Assembly (NCBI GenBank): GCA_030590485.1
Contig: JAUUYL010000006.1
Span: 3,785 to 67,784, forward strand
Direction: 5' to 3'
Source: Lentisphaerota bacterium
GTDB taxonomy: Bacteria > Verrucomicrobiota > Kiritimatiellia > UBA8416 > JAUUYL01
Length of the DNA stretch: 64,000 bases
The position numbers and the translations under genes are program-made. How positions within the stretch are numbered: the stretch's first letter is position 1; each line of letters opens with the position of its first letter. Of the stretch, positions 29,986 to 40,631 are shown piece by piece. The notes below the pieces were generated by a model that saw only the letters and a list, made by a program, of their open reading frames with translations, did not search any database and had not been told where the DNA came from.

Positions 29986-31284
29986 ATGATTGTAAAGGTT
30001 GAGAATAAGGGGTCTTGCAGAAAGGTTCTGCATATTGAAGCGCCGTCAGACGCTGTTGCTGATGAGTATAACAAGGTTTTAAAGGCATTTGAGAAGGGTG
30101 CAAAGATTCCTGGTTTCAGGAAGGGTAAGGCACCTAAGGACGTTACTAAGCTTCATTTTGCCACACAGATTGAAGAAGAGGTCAAAGAAAGATTGCTGCC
30201 TCAGTTGTATCGGGATGCAGTGAAGAAAAAGCAGATTAAGACTGTCAGTATAGTCGAAATCTCTGAAGTCGAATTCTCTCTAGATTCAGGTATAGCGTTT
30301 GGTGTCACTGTTGATGTATATCCTGAATTCAAGATTCCGAAGTACAAGAAAATCACACTTAAAAAGACTGCTGTAGAAATTGCTGATTCGGATGTGGAAG
30401 ATGCTGTCAAACGTTTGCTTGATAATTTCGCTAAGTTTGAGGACGTAACTGGCCGAGCGGTTAAGTCGGACGATCTGGTGATGGTGGATTACACTAGCGA
30501 ATGCGAAGGTAAATCTGTTGAGGAGCTGGTTCCTACGTCTAAGGGCATAGGAGAAGGAAAAGATTTTTGGATGATGGTTGGCGAGCCGGAATTGGCGCCA
30601 GGTTTTGCTGATGGTCTCAAAGGTACAGAGATTGGCGACAAGAAGGATATCAAAATTCATTTCCCTGATGATTATCAGCTTACTGACCTTTCCTGTAAGG
30701 ATGCAGTCTATCATGTGGAAATAAAAGGCATCAGAGAAAAGGCACTTCCGGATATAGATGAAGAGCTCTTAAAGAGGCTGCAGGTTAAATCCGAGGATGA
30801 GTTGCGAGAGAGAATCAGGGAAGATCTTGTTTCCGAGAAGGAGCGGATGGAAAACGAGCGGCTTAAGAGTGAAATCACTACTCATCTGCTTGCGAAGACA
30901 TCTTTCGACCTTCCTGAGACCATAGTTCAGCACGAGACGGCGTCAGCCACTAAAAGCATGGTAGACAGGCTTGCAATGCAGGGGCGGGCGACTGCGCAGA
31001 TTGAGCTGGAGAAAGAATCAATCGCCGATATGGCACGAAAGACATCTGAAGAGAAAGTTCGCATCTCATACATCCTTGCCCGTATTGCGGACGAGGAGCA
31101 GATTGATGTAGAAGAATCCGAGCTGAATGATCGTTTGGGGATGATGGCTATGCGTTATGGTATGACTGCAGGTCAGCTGAGGTCGGAACTCGAGAATAGG
31201 GACAGTCTGTCTGGTGTGCAGGAAGATCTCAGGGCTGAGAAGACCCTTACTTTTATTCTGGAAAATGCTAAGATTAAGAACTAG
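29986..31284 (+). CDS. tig: Trigger factor
   Basis: [10 protein letters not shown] ribosome-binding motif, FKBP domain; upstream of clpP-clpX. Confidence 0.93.
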   Translation: MIVKVENKGSCRKVLHIEAPSDAVADEYNKVLKAFEKGAKIPGFRKGKAPKDVTKLHFATQIEEEVKERLLPQLYRDAVKKKQIKTVSIVEISEVEFSLDSGIAFGVTVDVYPEFKIPKYKKITLKKTAVEIADSDVEDAVKRLLDNFAKFEDVTGRAVKSDDLVMVDYTSECEGKSVEELVPTSKGIGEGKDFWMMVGEPELAPGFADGLKGTEIGDKKDIKIHFPDDYQLTDLSCKDAVYHVEIKGIREKALPDIDEELLKRLQVKSEDELRERIREDLVSEKERMENERLKSEITTHLLAKTSFDLPETIVQHETASATKSMVDRLAMQGRATAQIELEKESIADMARKTSEEKVRISYILARIADEEQIDVEESELNDRLGMMAMRYGMTAGQLRSELENRDSLSGVQEDLRAEKTLTFILENAKIKN

Positions 31285-31297
31285 AGGAGATAGAGTA

Positions 31298-31930
31298 ATG
31301 AATACTATGAATCAATTGGTACCAATGGTAGTGGAGCAGACGGGCCGTGGTGAACGGGCTTACGATATCTACTCACGTCTCCTGAAGGACCGTATTATTT
31401 TTATTGGTACGGGCATTGACGACCAGATCAGCAACCTTATTATAGCGCAACTGCTTTTTCTTCAGGCGGATGACTCGGAGAAAGACATCAGCATGTATGT
31501 TAACTCTCCAGGTGGATCGGTGACGGCGGGGTTGGCTATTTATGATACAATGCAGTTTCTCAAGTGTGATGTTGCGACCTATTGCGTGGGGCAGGCGGCC
31601 AGCATGGGCGCAGTCCTTCTTGCTGCAGGAACGGCTGGCAAGCGTTTTGCTCTGCCTAATGCGCGTATAATGATACATCAGCCGTGGGGCGGAACTCAGG
31701 GGCAGGCTGCTGATATAAGTATACAGGCACAGGAAATTTTGCGGTTGCGTGACTGTCTTAACGATATACTTGCCAAACACACTGGAAAATCTTCTTCCGT
31801 AATTACTAAGGATACAGACAGGGATTTCTTTATGACGGCTACAGAGGCCAAGGCATATGGTCTTGTTGACGCGGTTGTGAAGAGTAAAAAGAAGTCTGCC
31901 GGAAAAACATCGGCAAAGAAAGGTAAGTAA
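31298..31930 (+). CDS. clpP: ATP-dependent Clp protease proteolytic subunit
   Basis: [26 protein letters not shown] and MIHQP; ATG 31298 after GAGGAG. Confidence 0.96.
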   Translation: MNTMNQLVPMVVEQTGRGERAYDIYSRLLKDRIIFIGTGIDDQISNLIIAQLLFLQADDSEKDISMYVNSPGGSVTAGLAIYDTMQFLKCDVATYCVGQAASMGAVLLAAGTAGKRFALPNARIMIHQPWGGTQGQAADISIQAQEILRLRDCLNDILAKHTGKSSSVITKDTDRDFFMTATEAKAYGLVDAVVKSKKKSAGKTSAKKGK

Positions 31931-33198
31931 TGTCGCAGGAGAAACCAGGATCATGCTCTTTCTGTGGGAAGGGCAACAAAGAGGTTAAGCGTTTGATCGC
32001 AGGGCCTGGGGTGAATATCTGTGATGAATGCGTTCATCTTTGTGACGGCTTGCTTGTTGAAGAGAGCGGTACCGTGAAGACAAAGAATGCCTCGGCGTTG
32101 CGGGTTCCTAAGCCGCGAGAGATCAAGGCGATGCTTGATGCGCATGTCATTGGACATGATTACACAAAGAAGGTCTTGTCGGTGGCTGTTCACAACCACT
32201 ATAAGCGGTTGAAACAGGAATCGCATTTTAATGAAGATGATCCTTATGCAAACATTGAGATAGAGAAAAGCAATATTATGCTGATAGGACCTACAGGAAG
32301 TGGCAAAACGCTTTTGGCAAGGACATTGGCGCGGTTGCTTGATGTGCCCTTTACCATTGTTGATGCGACAACACTGACGGAGGCCGGGTATGTGGGCGAG
32401 GATGTGGAAAATATTTTACTAAGCCTTATCCAGGCGTCTAACGGAGATATTGCAAGGGCTGAGATGGGAATTATTTACATTGATGAGATTGATAAGATCA
32501 GCCGGAAGACGGAGAATGTATCTATCACTCGTGATGTTTCGGGGGAGGGCGTACAGCAGGCGCTCTTGAAGATACTTGAAGGTACAGTTGCCAGGGTTCC
32601 ACCTGGAGGTGGCAGGAAGCATCCTCAGCAGGACTATATCAAGATTAACACTGAGCATATCCTGTTTATATGTGGCGGTGCCTTTGTGGGGCTGGAAGAT
32701 ATCACTAAGCGTCGGATCGGCGCGAATACATTGGGTTTTCTTGAGACCGAGGATGACTTGGTTAAGAAGGGGATTCGTGAGGGGCTCCACGTCGAACCGG
32801 AAGATCTTGTGCGTTATGGCTTAATACCTGAGTTAGTGGGTAGAATGCCGGTTGTCACATCTCTCGCTGAGCTTTCAGAGGAAGATCTTGTGCGCATTCT
32901 TGTCGAGCCGAAGAACTGTATGGTTAAGCAGTATCAAAAGCTTATGGCTATGGAAGATGTAAATCTTTCGTTTACACAGTCAGCTCTTACTGAACTGGCA
33001 AAAATTGCTACAAAGCGAGGAACGGGTGCACGTGGCTTAAGGGCTGTCGTCGAAAACGTCATGCTTGATGTGATGTTTGATGCTCCGAGTAATAGTAAGA
33101 CCAAGAGTCTTAGTGTAACAAGGCAGATGATTCGCGAAAAATATGGTATAGCAAAGTCTGATGATGCGTCTGATCAAGAGAAAAGAAAAATAGCTTAA
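31930..33198 (+). CDS. clpX: ATP-dependent Clp protease ATP-binding subunit
   Basis: CSFCG Zn-finger, [18 protein letters not shown] and [14 protein letters not shown]. Confidence 0.97.
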   Translation: MSQEKPGSCSFCGKGNKEVKRLIAGPGVNICDECVHLCDGLLVEESGTVKTKNASALRVPKPREIKAMLDAHVIGHDYTKKVLSVAVHNHYKRLKQESHFNEDDPYANIEIEKSNIMLIGPTGSGKTLLARTLARLLDVPFTIVDATTLTEAGYVGEDVENILLSLIQASNGDIARAEMGIIYIDEIDKISRKTENVSITRDVSGEGVQQALLKILEGTVARVPPGGGRKHPQQDYIKINTEHILFICGGAFVGLEDITKRRIGANTLGFLETEDDLVKKGIREGLHVEPEDLVRYGLIPELVGRMPVVTSLAELSEEDLVRILVEPKNCMVKQYQKLMAMEDVNLSFTQSALTELAKIATKRGTGARGLRAVVENVMLDVMFDAPSNSKTKSLSVTRQMIREKYGIAKSDDASDQEKRKIA

Positions 33199-33200
33199 CT

Positions 33201-33566
33201 TTAGATTTCCTTGAGTCCGCAGGGCGCTTCGTTGTTCTCGTCGAGAATAAGAATCAGCGGTTTGTGTGTTTTTGCATCTGCCTCGTCTATGACGGCAAAA
33301 GTGAATATTATTAAAGTGTCACCAACTGATCCTTTGAATGCCGTGGCACCATTAAGGCTTATCTTTTTGGAACCGCTGTCCGCTGGAATTGCGTATGTTT
33401 CAAATCGCTCTCCATTAGAAACATTTGCGACCAGAATTTTCTCAAATGGATGAATCCTTGCGTGATCCATGAGATCTCTATCGATGGCCATGCTACCTTC
33501 GTAGTCCTTTTCGACTGCGGTGACGCGCGCGGCGTGAAGTTTTGATTTTAGCATTATAACGTTCAT
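33201..33566 (-). CDS. panD: Aspartate 1-decarboxylase
   Basis: KSKLH, YEGS cleavage site, NGERFETY and LNGA. Confidence 0.93.
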   Translation of the reverse strand: MNVIMLKSKLHAARVTAVEKDYEGSMAIDRDLMDHARIHPFEKILVANVSNGERFETYAIPADSGSKKISLNGATAFKGSVGDTLIIFTFAVIDEADAKTHKPLILILDENNEAPCGLKEI

Positions 33567-33614
33567 ATTCTTACCCTGATGTTTATTTGGATTGAGAGGT
33601 TAACTCAGCTTGTA

Positions 33615-34433
33615 TTATATAGCAAGCAAAGTCTTCTCAAGGACAGATGTTATTATCGGCATGGCTTTTGTTGTTTCGCTTAAGACCTCTTCGTGGGTAA
33701 GTTTTGCGTCACCAACGCCTGCAGCGAGGTTTGTAATGCACGAAAGGCCTGCTACAGTTAATCCGATGGAATTGGCTAATATTGCCTCCGGAACGGTTGA
33801 CATGCCTACTGCTGTACCTCCCATTGAATGGAGGTTTTGCACCTCTGCGGGTGTTTCGTATGTTGGCCCGTCCTTGGCAATGTAAATGCCGTGATGATAT
33901 GTTGCATTGGAATCTTTGCATGCGGAATCCAGTATATTCCTTAATTCGAGATCATAAACCTCGCTCTGGTCGGGGAAGTGTGGGCCCCAGTATGGCTCAT
34001 GTTTACCTGTTAGAGGATTATTGCTCATGGCGTTGATATGGTCGTCAATAATCATAAGGTCGCCTGGTTTGACGGATTTGGAGAGGCTGCCAGCGGCATT
34101 TGTCAGGAGCATCGATTTGATTGATAATTCTTTTGTTAGAAAAACAGGAAAGGCTATAGCGTCCCAGCCGCATCCTTCATACCAATGGTGTCTGCCTTGA
34201 AAAACTACGATTTTCTTGCCTTCGTGTTCGAGAAGGAGAAGCTTCCCTGTGTGACCTTTCACCTGGCTTTCTCCCATTATTGGGATATCGCTGTAGTCGA
34301 TAGACTGTAAGACCTTTAGCGGGCTAATGACTTCGCTCCAGCCTGAGCCCAGAACGATTGTGAGAACAGGTGATGCGTCAATAAAGTGTTTCTTAATCCC
34401 GGATAAGGAATTTTTTAATAATTCGAGGTTCAT
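33615..34433 (-). CDS. Purine nucleoside phosphorylase (trimeric PNP I family)
   Basis: VLGSG, GHTG, QGRHHWYEG, TNAAG, GPTYETPAE and VGMSTVPE. Confidence 0.93.
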   Translation of the reverse strand: MNLELLKNSLSGIKKHFIDASPVLTIVLGSGWSEVISPLKVLQSIDYSDIPIMGESQVKGHTGKLLLLEHEGKKIVVFQGRHHWYEGCGWDAIAFPVFLTKELSIKSMLLTNAAGSLSKSVKPGDLMIIDDHINAMSNNPLTGKHEPYWGPHFPDQSEVYDLELRNILDSACKDSNATYHHGIYIAKDGPTYETPAEVQNLHSMGGTAVGMSTVPEAILANSIGLTVAGLSCITNLAAGVGDAKLTHEEVLSETTKAMPIITSVLEKTLLAI

Positions 34434-34469
34434 TCAAGAAGTTATACATGAAAAACGGCATGTTACGAT

Positions 34470-34560
34470 AAAAAAAGACCGTTCAGTCAGGCAGGTTTCA
34501 TTAGACTTAGAACCTTACATCAGGTGGAGTCCTTTCCTACCTGCCCAACTGAGGGTCAGC
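34470..34560 (-). ncRNA. Candidate sigma54-dependent small RNA, about 90 nt rod ending in U7
   Basis: Minus-strand pairings gacc/ggtc, tcagtt/gactga, ggcaggt/acctgcc, ggact/agtct and acct/aggt; 5' end falls 11-12 nt after a -24/-12 motif. Confidence 0.6.
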
Positions 34561-34570
34561 ATATTATAAA

Positions 34571-34586
34571 GCATCTACTGTGCCAA
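34571..34586 (-). promoter_or_regulatory. Sigma54 (-24/-12) promoter
   Basis: TTGGCAC-AGTAG-ATGC with canonical GG-N10-GC spacing. Confidence 0.65.
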
Positions 34587-34660
34587 CCTCAGGGTGATTA
34601 CAGCAGTAGGTCTGAAAGCGCCTGATAATAAGGAAAAAATATTTATGGCAATTAGGCGAC

Positions 34661-34729
34661 TGTATCATATGCACATTTATTCAGGTATAGATGTATCATT
34701 ACGTGAAACAATGTGGTCGTATTCGGCCA
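34661..34729. promoter_or_regulatory. Putative upstream activator sequences for the adjacent enhancer-binding protein
   Basis: TGTATCATATGCACA (34661), TGTATCA-TTACG-TGAAACA (34692) and TGGTCG-TATT-CGGCCA (34714), 100-170 bp upstream of the predicted start. Confidence 0.45.
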
Positions 34730-34750
34730 AATGAGGGGTGTTAAGTACTG

Positions 34751-36148
34751 TTAGGCCTCTATTTTGAGGCTTTCGAGTGCACGTCTCAGTTTTCCGCGCG
34801 ATATACCGAGCATACGGGATGCTGCGGAGACATTGCTATTGGTTTGCTCAAGAACTGATGTAATCAATTCTCGTGTAACCTCATCCATATTGAGCGATTT
34901 AAATGACCATTCTGACGTTGATGGTTCAGGGAGACCTACAAGTGAGTCGGGGAAGTCTGACGCTGTCATTTGCCCAGTATGTTTACAATGGATAATGCTA
35001 CTTTCTATAACATTTCTTAATTCTCTGATATTACCAGGGAAACTGTATTCTGTAAGTTTGGATAAGGCTTCCGGATCAATACCGTCGATTGGTTTTCCCA
35101 TTTCGGAAGCAAATTGGAGCACAAAATGAGTTGCGAGCAGGGGGATATCATCTTTTCGATCTCTTAGCGGTGGCAGTACGATGCTACAGACCTTGAGTCG
35201 GTAGTAGAGATCCTCGCGAAACTGTTTTTTGCTTACGAGTTCGTCCAATCTCTGATTGGTAGCCGCTATTACTCGGACATCGGCGACCCGCTCCATGTTC
35301 TCTCCTATGGGAAGGTAAGTTTTCTGCTCTAGCAGTCTCAATATTTTAGCTTGTGATTTCAGGGGCAGGTCGCCTATTTCATCAAGGAAGAGTGTGCCAC
35401 CCTCTGCAGCTTGGACGTAACCACCTTTTGTTTCTATCGCACCAGTAAATGAGCCCTTTCTGTGTCCGAAAAGTTCCGACTCGAATAATTCTTCCGGTAC
35501 GGACGGACAGTTGACCGTCATGAAATGTTTGTCTTTTCGCGAGCTTGCGACATGTACGGCTCTTGCAGCGAGTTCTTTGCCTGTGCCGCTTTCACCGGTA
35601 ATCAGGACGGTAGCTGTGGTGTCCGCGACATTTATTATGGATTCAGCAACTTTTTTGATTCCGTCAGATTTTCCAATTATCAGGTTTCGCGGATTCTTCT
35701 GGGTAAGCAATTCTGAGCTTAGGATGTTCACTTTCTGGGTAAGAAGTTCTTTTTGCTGATAAAGAATCCTGAATCGGCTGGTGCGTTCTATTGCGGTGCT
35801 CAGCGCTTCTGTGGTGAAAGGTTTTTCGAAGAAATCGGTAGCACCTTCACGAAGGGCTCTGATTGCTGTGTCGACTTGTCCGTGCGCGGTTATGAAGATG
35901 ACGGCGCAGGATGGGTCAATTGCTTTGACTCGTTTGAGAACCTCGAAGCCATCGCATTTGGGCATGCAAATATCGCTTATAATGATATCTGCGCCGTTCT
36001 TGTCGATCCAGTCGATTGCTTTCAGGGGTTCCCTGAAAGATTCAATGGAAAATCCAAATTCCTTGAGTGCGCTTTTCAGGCTGTCTCGAACCATATCGTT
36101 GTCATCGATGAGGACAACTTTCATGTGCGTGTAATCAGATGTAGGCAT
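34751..36148 (-). CDS. Sigma54-dependent response regulator (NtrC family: REC-AAA+-HTH)
   Basis: IDDN, phospho-Asp in ISDICMP, GESGTGKE, GSFTGA, LFLDEIGD, FREDLYYRL and Fis HTH. Confidence 0.95.
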   Translation of the reverse strand: MPTSDYTHMKVVLIDDNDMVRDSLKSALKEFGFSIESFREPLKAIDWIDKNGADIIISDICMPKCDGFEVLKRVKAIDPSCAVIFITAHGQVDTAIRALREGATDFFEKPFTTEALSTAIERTSRFRILYQQKELLTQKVNILSSELLTQKNPRNLIIGKSDGIKKVAESIINVADTTATVLITGESGTGKELAARAVHVASSRKDKHFMTVNCPSVPEELFESELFGHRKGSFTGAIETKGGYVQAAEGGTLFLDEIGDLPLKSQAKILRLLEQKTYLPIGENMERVADVRVIAATNQRLDELVSKKQFREDLYYRLKVCSIVLPPLRDRKDDIPLLATHFVLQFASEMGKPIDGIDPEALSKLTEYSFPGNIRELRNVIESSIIHCKHTGQMTASDFPDSLVGLPEPSTSEWSFKSLNMDEVTRELITSVLEQTNSNVSAASRMLGISRGKLRRALESLKIEA

Positions 36149-36254
36149 TAGAGATTAATAGAAGCTTTTTTTTGTGCGCTAGTCCAGAAAAATATATACG
36201 GCATGTGAAATATGTATACCAATTGGGTGTATATAATGATATTTTTAGTATGTT

Positions 36255-37616
36255 GTGAAAAAAGAAAAAATACACGATAGAGATGATTGCATGTCTCGCA
36301 GGGAGTTTGCGGCGCTTACAGCCGCGTCCATGACTGCGCTGGCGTCTGGTTGTGCAACAAACCCTGTCAGCGGCAAAAGGCAGTTTATGTTGATAACGCA
36401 GTCGATGGAGGTGAGTTACGATCGGAAGTGGGCGCCTCAGCAGTTTTCCGCTGATTACGGTGCCGTGCAGGATTATAAGCTTAACGAATACCTAAGCTCA
36501 ATTGGTCGTAACATGGCTGTGGTGACGGATAGGCCTTCTATGCCGTACAACTTCAGGGCTCTAAATGCAGTTGTGGTCAATGCGTATACGATGCCAGCTG
36601 GAAGCATAGGCCTTGCGCGGGGGCTGTTGCTCGAAATGGACAATGAAGCTCAGATGTCCTCGATTATAGGGCATGAACTGGCTCATGTGAATTGGAAGCA
36701 TGCCGCCGAGAGGATTTCCAAGAGTCTGTTGTTAAATGCGGTGATTGCGGGTGGTGGTGCATATCTTGAATACAAGGACAGCAAATATACTGATCTTGCT
36801 GCCGGACTTGGTATGATTGGGTCTAACATACTCTTGAGCAAGTATAGTCGTGATAATGAGCGCGAGGCGGATCTTACGGGTATGGAATACGCCGCTCGTG
36901 CGGGACATAATCCATTAGGCATGCCTGGTGTGATGGAGAAGTTCATGTCTTTGCATAAAAGCAAGCCCAGTGCTGTTGAATTGCTTTTCTCGACGCATCC
37001 CATGAGCACCGAGAGGTATCAGAATACGACTATAGCCTGCCAGAAGCAGCACAAGGATATTAGCGGCAGGTCTATGCACAGGGAACGGTATATGGATAAC
37101 ATTGCAAGCGTACGTTCAATAAAGAAAGCGATTGTAGAAATGCAGAATGGTGATAAATCAATGTATGCGAAGAAGTATATGCAGGCGCAACAGCATTATT
37201 CTGCGGCATTGGCTGTGGCGCCCGAGGATTATGCAGGGTTATTAATGATGAGTAAATGCCTTATGGCTCAGGGGCATAACAAGACTGCCCGCAAGTATGT
37301 TGCCCAGGCAAAAGATGTGTATCCGCAGGAGGCGCAGGCGCTGCATGTCGCGGGCATGGTTGGTATAAAGATGCGAAGTTTTGATTCTGCGCTTGCCGAC
37401 TTTGTGGAGTATGAAAAACGTCTTCCTGGTAATCCTAACACGATCTTTTTCAGAGGACTCTGTAATGAGAAGATGGGGCGCAAGGAGTTGGCAGCAAGGG
37501 ATTACAAGCGATATCATTATGCAGCGCCACGAGGAGACTACTCTGGATATGTGCAGAACAATCTGATAAAGTGGGGCTATATGGCGCAACCGCAGCAGAA
37601 TCAAGGGAGTAAATAA
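36255..37616 (+). CDS. M48 metalloprotease (BepA/YfgC-like) Tat-lipoprotein with C-terminal TPRs
   Basis: SRREF Tat motif, LASGC lipobox, HELAH, YSRDNEREAD and STHP; true start may be ATG 36291. Confidence 0.88.
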   Translation: MKKEKIHDRDDCMSRREFAALTAASMTALASGCATNPVSGKRQFMLITQSMEVSYDRKWAPQQFSADYGAVQDYKLNEYLSSIGRNMAVVTDRPSMPYNFRALNAVVVNAYTMPAGSIGLARGLLLEMDNEAQMSSIIGHELAHVNWKHAAERISKSLLLNAVIAGGGAYLEYKDSKYTDLAAGLGMIGSNILLSKYSRDNEREADLTGMEYAARAGHNPLGMPGVMEKFMSLHKSKPSAVELLFSTHPMSTERYQNTTIACQKQHKDISGRSMHRERYMDNIASVRSIKKAIVEMQNGDKSMYAKKYMQAQQHYSAALAVAPEDYAGLLMMSKCLMAQGHNKTARKYVAQAKDVYPQEAQALHVAGMVGIKMRSFDSALADFVEYEKRLPGNPNTIFFRGLCNEKMGRKELAARDYKRYHYAAPRGDYSGYVQNNLIKWGYMAQPQQNQGSK

Positions 37617-37617
37617 T

Positions 37618-38526
37618 ATGGCTTTTCTCGGTAATTTTAATATAGCAGAAGATATGCAGGTTAAAATCCTTTCTTCGCTACTTGTCGTTGTTCTGTTATG
37701 GATAATTCGCAAGATCATTTGCTCGGTCATGAAGCGGAAAGTTACTGACTTGGCTAAGTTTTATCATTGGCGAAGAGTCGTTGATTATACTTTCTGGGTG
37801 CTAATCATATTGCTGGTTCTTGGTGAGTGGCTACATGGAATTGACTCTATCGCTCAGTTTCTCGGGTTGGCAACTGCTGGTCTGGCAATTGCAATGCATG
37901 ATACTGTGGCTAATCTGGCAGGTTGGGTGTTCATATTGTGGCGTAAGCCGTTCGTTGTGGGCGACAGAATACAGGTTGGCGATACAAGGGGAGATGTAAT
38001 CGATATCAGGCTGTTTCAATTTAGCATGATAGAGATAGGTAATTGGGTTGATGCTGAGCAGAGTACGGGCCGGATTGTTCACGTTCCGAATAGTAAGGCG
38101 TTCAGGGAGAATGTTGCAAATTACGAGACTGGTTTTGAATATATATGGCACGAAATACCGGTTTTGATTACTTTTGAGAGCGATTGGCAGAAAGCGAAGA
38201 ATATACTGCTAAATATTTCCAAAGAGAAGGCTGAGCATCTTTCAAAAGGGGCGGCCGAGCAGATACGACGCGCGGCAAGGAAGTATCTGATTCACTTCGA
38301 TAAATTGACGCCTACTGTATATACGACCGTCAAGGACCATGGTGTGTTGTTGACAATGAGGTATATTGTTAAGCCTCGCAGGAGACGCAACACAGAGCAG
38401 GATATCTGGGAAGAGATACTTACTGTTTTCTCCCATGAGAAGGACATCAGCCTGGCATATCCTACAACAAGGTTTTACAATCCCGGGGTTGATCCAGGGG
38501 TGAGCGTAGCCACTAAAAATGAATAA
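37618..38526 (+). CDS. mscS: Small-conductance mechanosensitive channel MscS family
   Basis: 3 TM; KPFVVGDRIQVG..RGDVIDI, VHVPNS and LAYPT. Confidence 0.9.
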   Translation: MAFLGNFNIAEDMQVKILSSLLVVVLLWIIRKIICSVMKRKVTDLAKFYHWRRVVDYTFWVLIILLVLGEWLHGIDSIAQFLGLATAGLAIAMHDTVANLAGWVFILWRKPFVVGDRIQVGDTRGDVIDIRLFQFSMIEIGNWVDAEQSTGRIVHVPNSKAFRENVANYETGFEYIWHEIPVLITFESDWQKAKNILLNISKEKAEHLSKGAAEQIRRAARKYLIHFDKLTPTVYTTVKDHGVLLTMRYIVKPRRRRNTEQDIWEEILTVFSHEKDISLAYPTTRFYNPGVDPGVSVATKNE

Positions 38527-40330
38527 ACGTCTCCTTTATCTTCTAGTTTGTCTTTTTCTTGCGATATCGATGTTCTCTGTCTACTCGTATGTCGGGAGAT
38601 GTGAGTTTATTGGCTTTGACGATGATCTCTATGTTTCCGAGAATCAATATGTGAGACAGGGCCTGACGCTTGAAAGTATTAACTGGGCCTTTACGGCATC
38701 TCATGCTTCCACCTGGCAGCCGATTGTATGGTTGTCGTATATGATTGAAAGTCATATACAGGGTCATCAAATAACCCCCGCCCTTTTTCATTGGACTAAC
38801 TTGGTCCTGCATGTTGTGAATGCTGGGCTGCTTTTGTATCTTTTATATCTTGCGACAGGTTCTTTCTGGCCGTCGGTCTTTGTCAGTGCTGTTTTTGCCA
38901 TGCATCCTGTGCATGTAGAATCTGTTGTTTGGGTTGCGGAACGTAAAGATGTTCTGAGTACTCTGTTTTGGATGTTGTCGCTAATCTTTTATGTCCGGTA
39001 TACAAACGTGCCTTCCAGAGGTAGGTATATTCTCTTTACGTCCATGTTTGTGTTGGGTCTCATGGCGAAGCCCATGTTGGTCACTATTCCGCTTGTTATG
39101 CTTCTTCTTGATTATTGGCCCCTGAAGAGAGGTGAGCTGGGATTGACCTCTCTTCTTCTTGAGAAGGCACCCTTGTTAGTGCCAGCGTTCATTTCCGCTG
39201 TTATTACAGTGGCGGTGCAAAAAACGGGTGGGTCGGTAGTGTCTCTGGATGAGCTGTCGATCCTTTCGAGAATATTGAATGTCCCTGTATTTTATTCCAT
39301 GTATATACTGAAGCTGTTTTGGCCTGCTGATCTGGCTGTCCTGTATTTGCATCCGGGGATGCCGCCATTATATGCAATATTGTTCGGGGTTCTGTTTTTG
39401 GCGTTTGTTACAGCATTAGCGGTTCGATATATGAAGTCATGTCCGTTCCTTCTTATTGGTTGGCTTTGGTACCTTGTGACAATGCTGCCGGTTATAGGGG
39501 TGATATCATTTGGTCTTCATGGGATTGCTGATAGATTTCTGTATATCCCTGCAATTGGTATTTACATGATGGTGGCATGGGGTGTGGCGGAATTTGTTGC
39601 TTTCAAGAAAAGTGGAACGTTGTTTTCTTTTGTGTGCGGGCTGTCAATTGCCCTTATTGCCGGGTTGGGGTACATGACGAATTGTCAGGTTAGATTGTGG
39701 AAAGATAATATTACACTTTTCACTCATGCTATCAATGTTACCAAAGACAACTGGGCGATGCGCAACTGTCTTGGTGCTGCCAGGGAGAGAAAAGGGGATC
39801 TTAAGGGTGCCTTGACTGAATTCAGGACGGCGGCAGAGATTAATCCGCGTCGGCCCCGAATTTTTTACAATATAGGTTGCACGTTGCAGAAGCAGGGTGC
39901 AATAAATGATGCTGTTGAGGCATATATACATGCCCTGAAGCTATCCGACAGTTTTTTTAAAGCCAGATATAATCTCGGTGTAGCTTATGAACATCAGCGC
40001 CGCTTTGATGAGGCGTTGGAAGAATACACGAAAGTTTTGGAGGCTGAACCTGAACATCTTATGGCTTATAACAACATGGGTACTGTATATACAAAGCAAG
40101 GGCGACTTGATCTTGCTTTGAACTGCTATCAGGATGTGCTTGCTATAGAGCCAGATTACATTAAGGCTGAATATAATCTCGGTGCGATTTTGTTTCAGCT
40201 GGGGCGTTATAAGGAGGCCGCCGTCCAGTTCTCTGAGATTCTTCAAAAACAGCCTGACAATACAGCTGCTCGTCAAAACTTAGTTCTTTGTCTTAACAAG
40301 GCGGGGGAGGAGATAGGCACTAGGCATTAG
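38519..40330 (+). CDS. TMTC-like GT-C membrane protein with C-terminal TPRs (putative protein O-glycosyltransferase)
   Basis: FDDDLYV loop, HPVHVESVVWVAERKD, ADRFLYIP, multiple TM and about 5 TPRs. Confidence 0.8.
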   Translation: MNKRLLYLLVCLFLAISMFSVYSYVGRCEFIGFDDDLYVSENQYVRQGLTLESINWAFTASHASTWQPIVWLSYMIESHIQGHQITPALFHWTNLVLHVVNAGLLLYLLYLATGSFWPSVFVSAVFAMHPVHVESVVWVAERKDVLSTLFWMLSLIFYVRYTNVPSRGRYILFTSMFVLGLMAKPMLVTIPLVMLLLDYWPLKRGELGLTSLLLEKAPLLVPAFISAVITVAVQKTGGSVVSLDELSILSRILNVPVFYSMYILKLFWPADLAVLYLHPGMPPLYAILFGVLFLAFVTALAVRYMKSCPFLLIGWLWYLVTMLPVIGVISFGLHGIADRFLYIPAIGIYMMVAWGVAEFVAFKKSGTLFSFVCGLSIALIAGLGYMTNCQVRLWKDNITLFTHAINVTKDNWAMRNCLGAARERKGDLKGALTEFRTAAEINPRRPRIFYNIGCTLQKQGAINDAVEAYIHALKLSDSFFKARYNLGVAYEHQRRFDEALEEYTKVLEAEPEHLMAYNNMGTVYTKQGRLDLALNCYQDVLAIEPDYIKAEYNLGAILFQLGRYKEAAVQFSEILQKQPDNTAARQNLVLCLNKAGEEIGTRH

Positions 40331-40361
40331 GCGTTAGGTGTCAGGCATTAGGGAGTAAGGA
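40313..40361 (+). repeat. Heptamer tract (TTAGGCA-like x7) overlapping the stop codon
   Basis: ataggca ctaggca ttaggcg ttaggtg tcaggca ttaggga gtaagga. Confidence 0.8.
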
Positions 40362-40402
40362 ATTCTGTTGCATACTTCCCGTATTCCTGTTACTTTTCTC
40401 TT

Positions 40403-40518
40403 GTCTTCAGGATTGGGTGAGATTCCCGACCGGCGGTTAAAGCCCGCGACTCTCTGCTTAGCAGGGACTGACTCGGTGGAAATCCGAGGCCGACAGTAAA
40501 GTCTGGATGGGAGAAGAT
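40403..40518 (+). promoter_or_regulatory. FMN riboswitch (RFN element)
   Basis: tcttcagg..gggtga.attcccgaccggcggt..agcccgcga...ggccgacagtaaagtctggatgggagaaga, upstream of ribBA. Confidence 0.96.
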
Positions 40519-40539
40519 CTGAATTGCTTGTGTGTTTAT

Positions 40540-40579
40540 GACGCAATCTGAGATTTTTTCTCGGGTTGCGTTTTTTTTT
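40540..40579 (+). terminator. Riboswitch expression-platform terminator
   Basis: acgcaatctgaga-tttt-tctcgggttgcgt followed by a T run. Confidence 0.85.
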
Positions 40580-40631
40580 GGATATGGAGTGTTGCGTTTG
40601 TTGAGAAATAAATAAGTGGAAGAGGAAGAAT

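Noticed and set aside
34327-34569. 80-aa plus-strand ORF across the sRNA candidate
   Set aside because: Overlaps pnp antisense, no RBS or motifs
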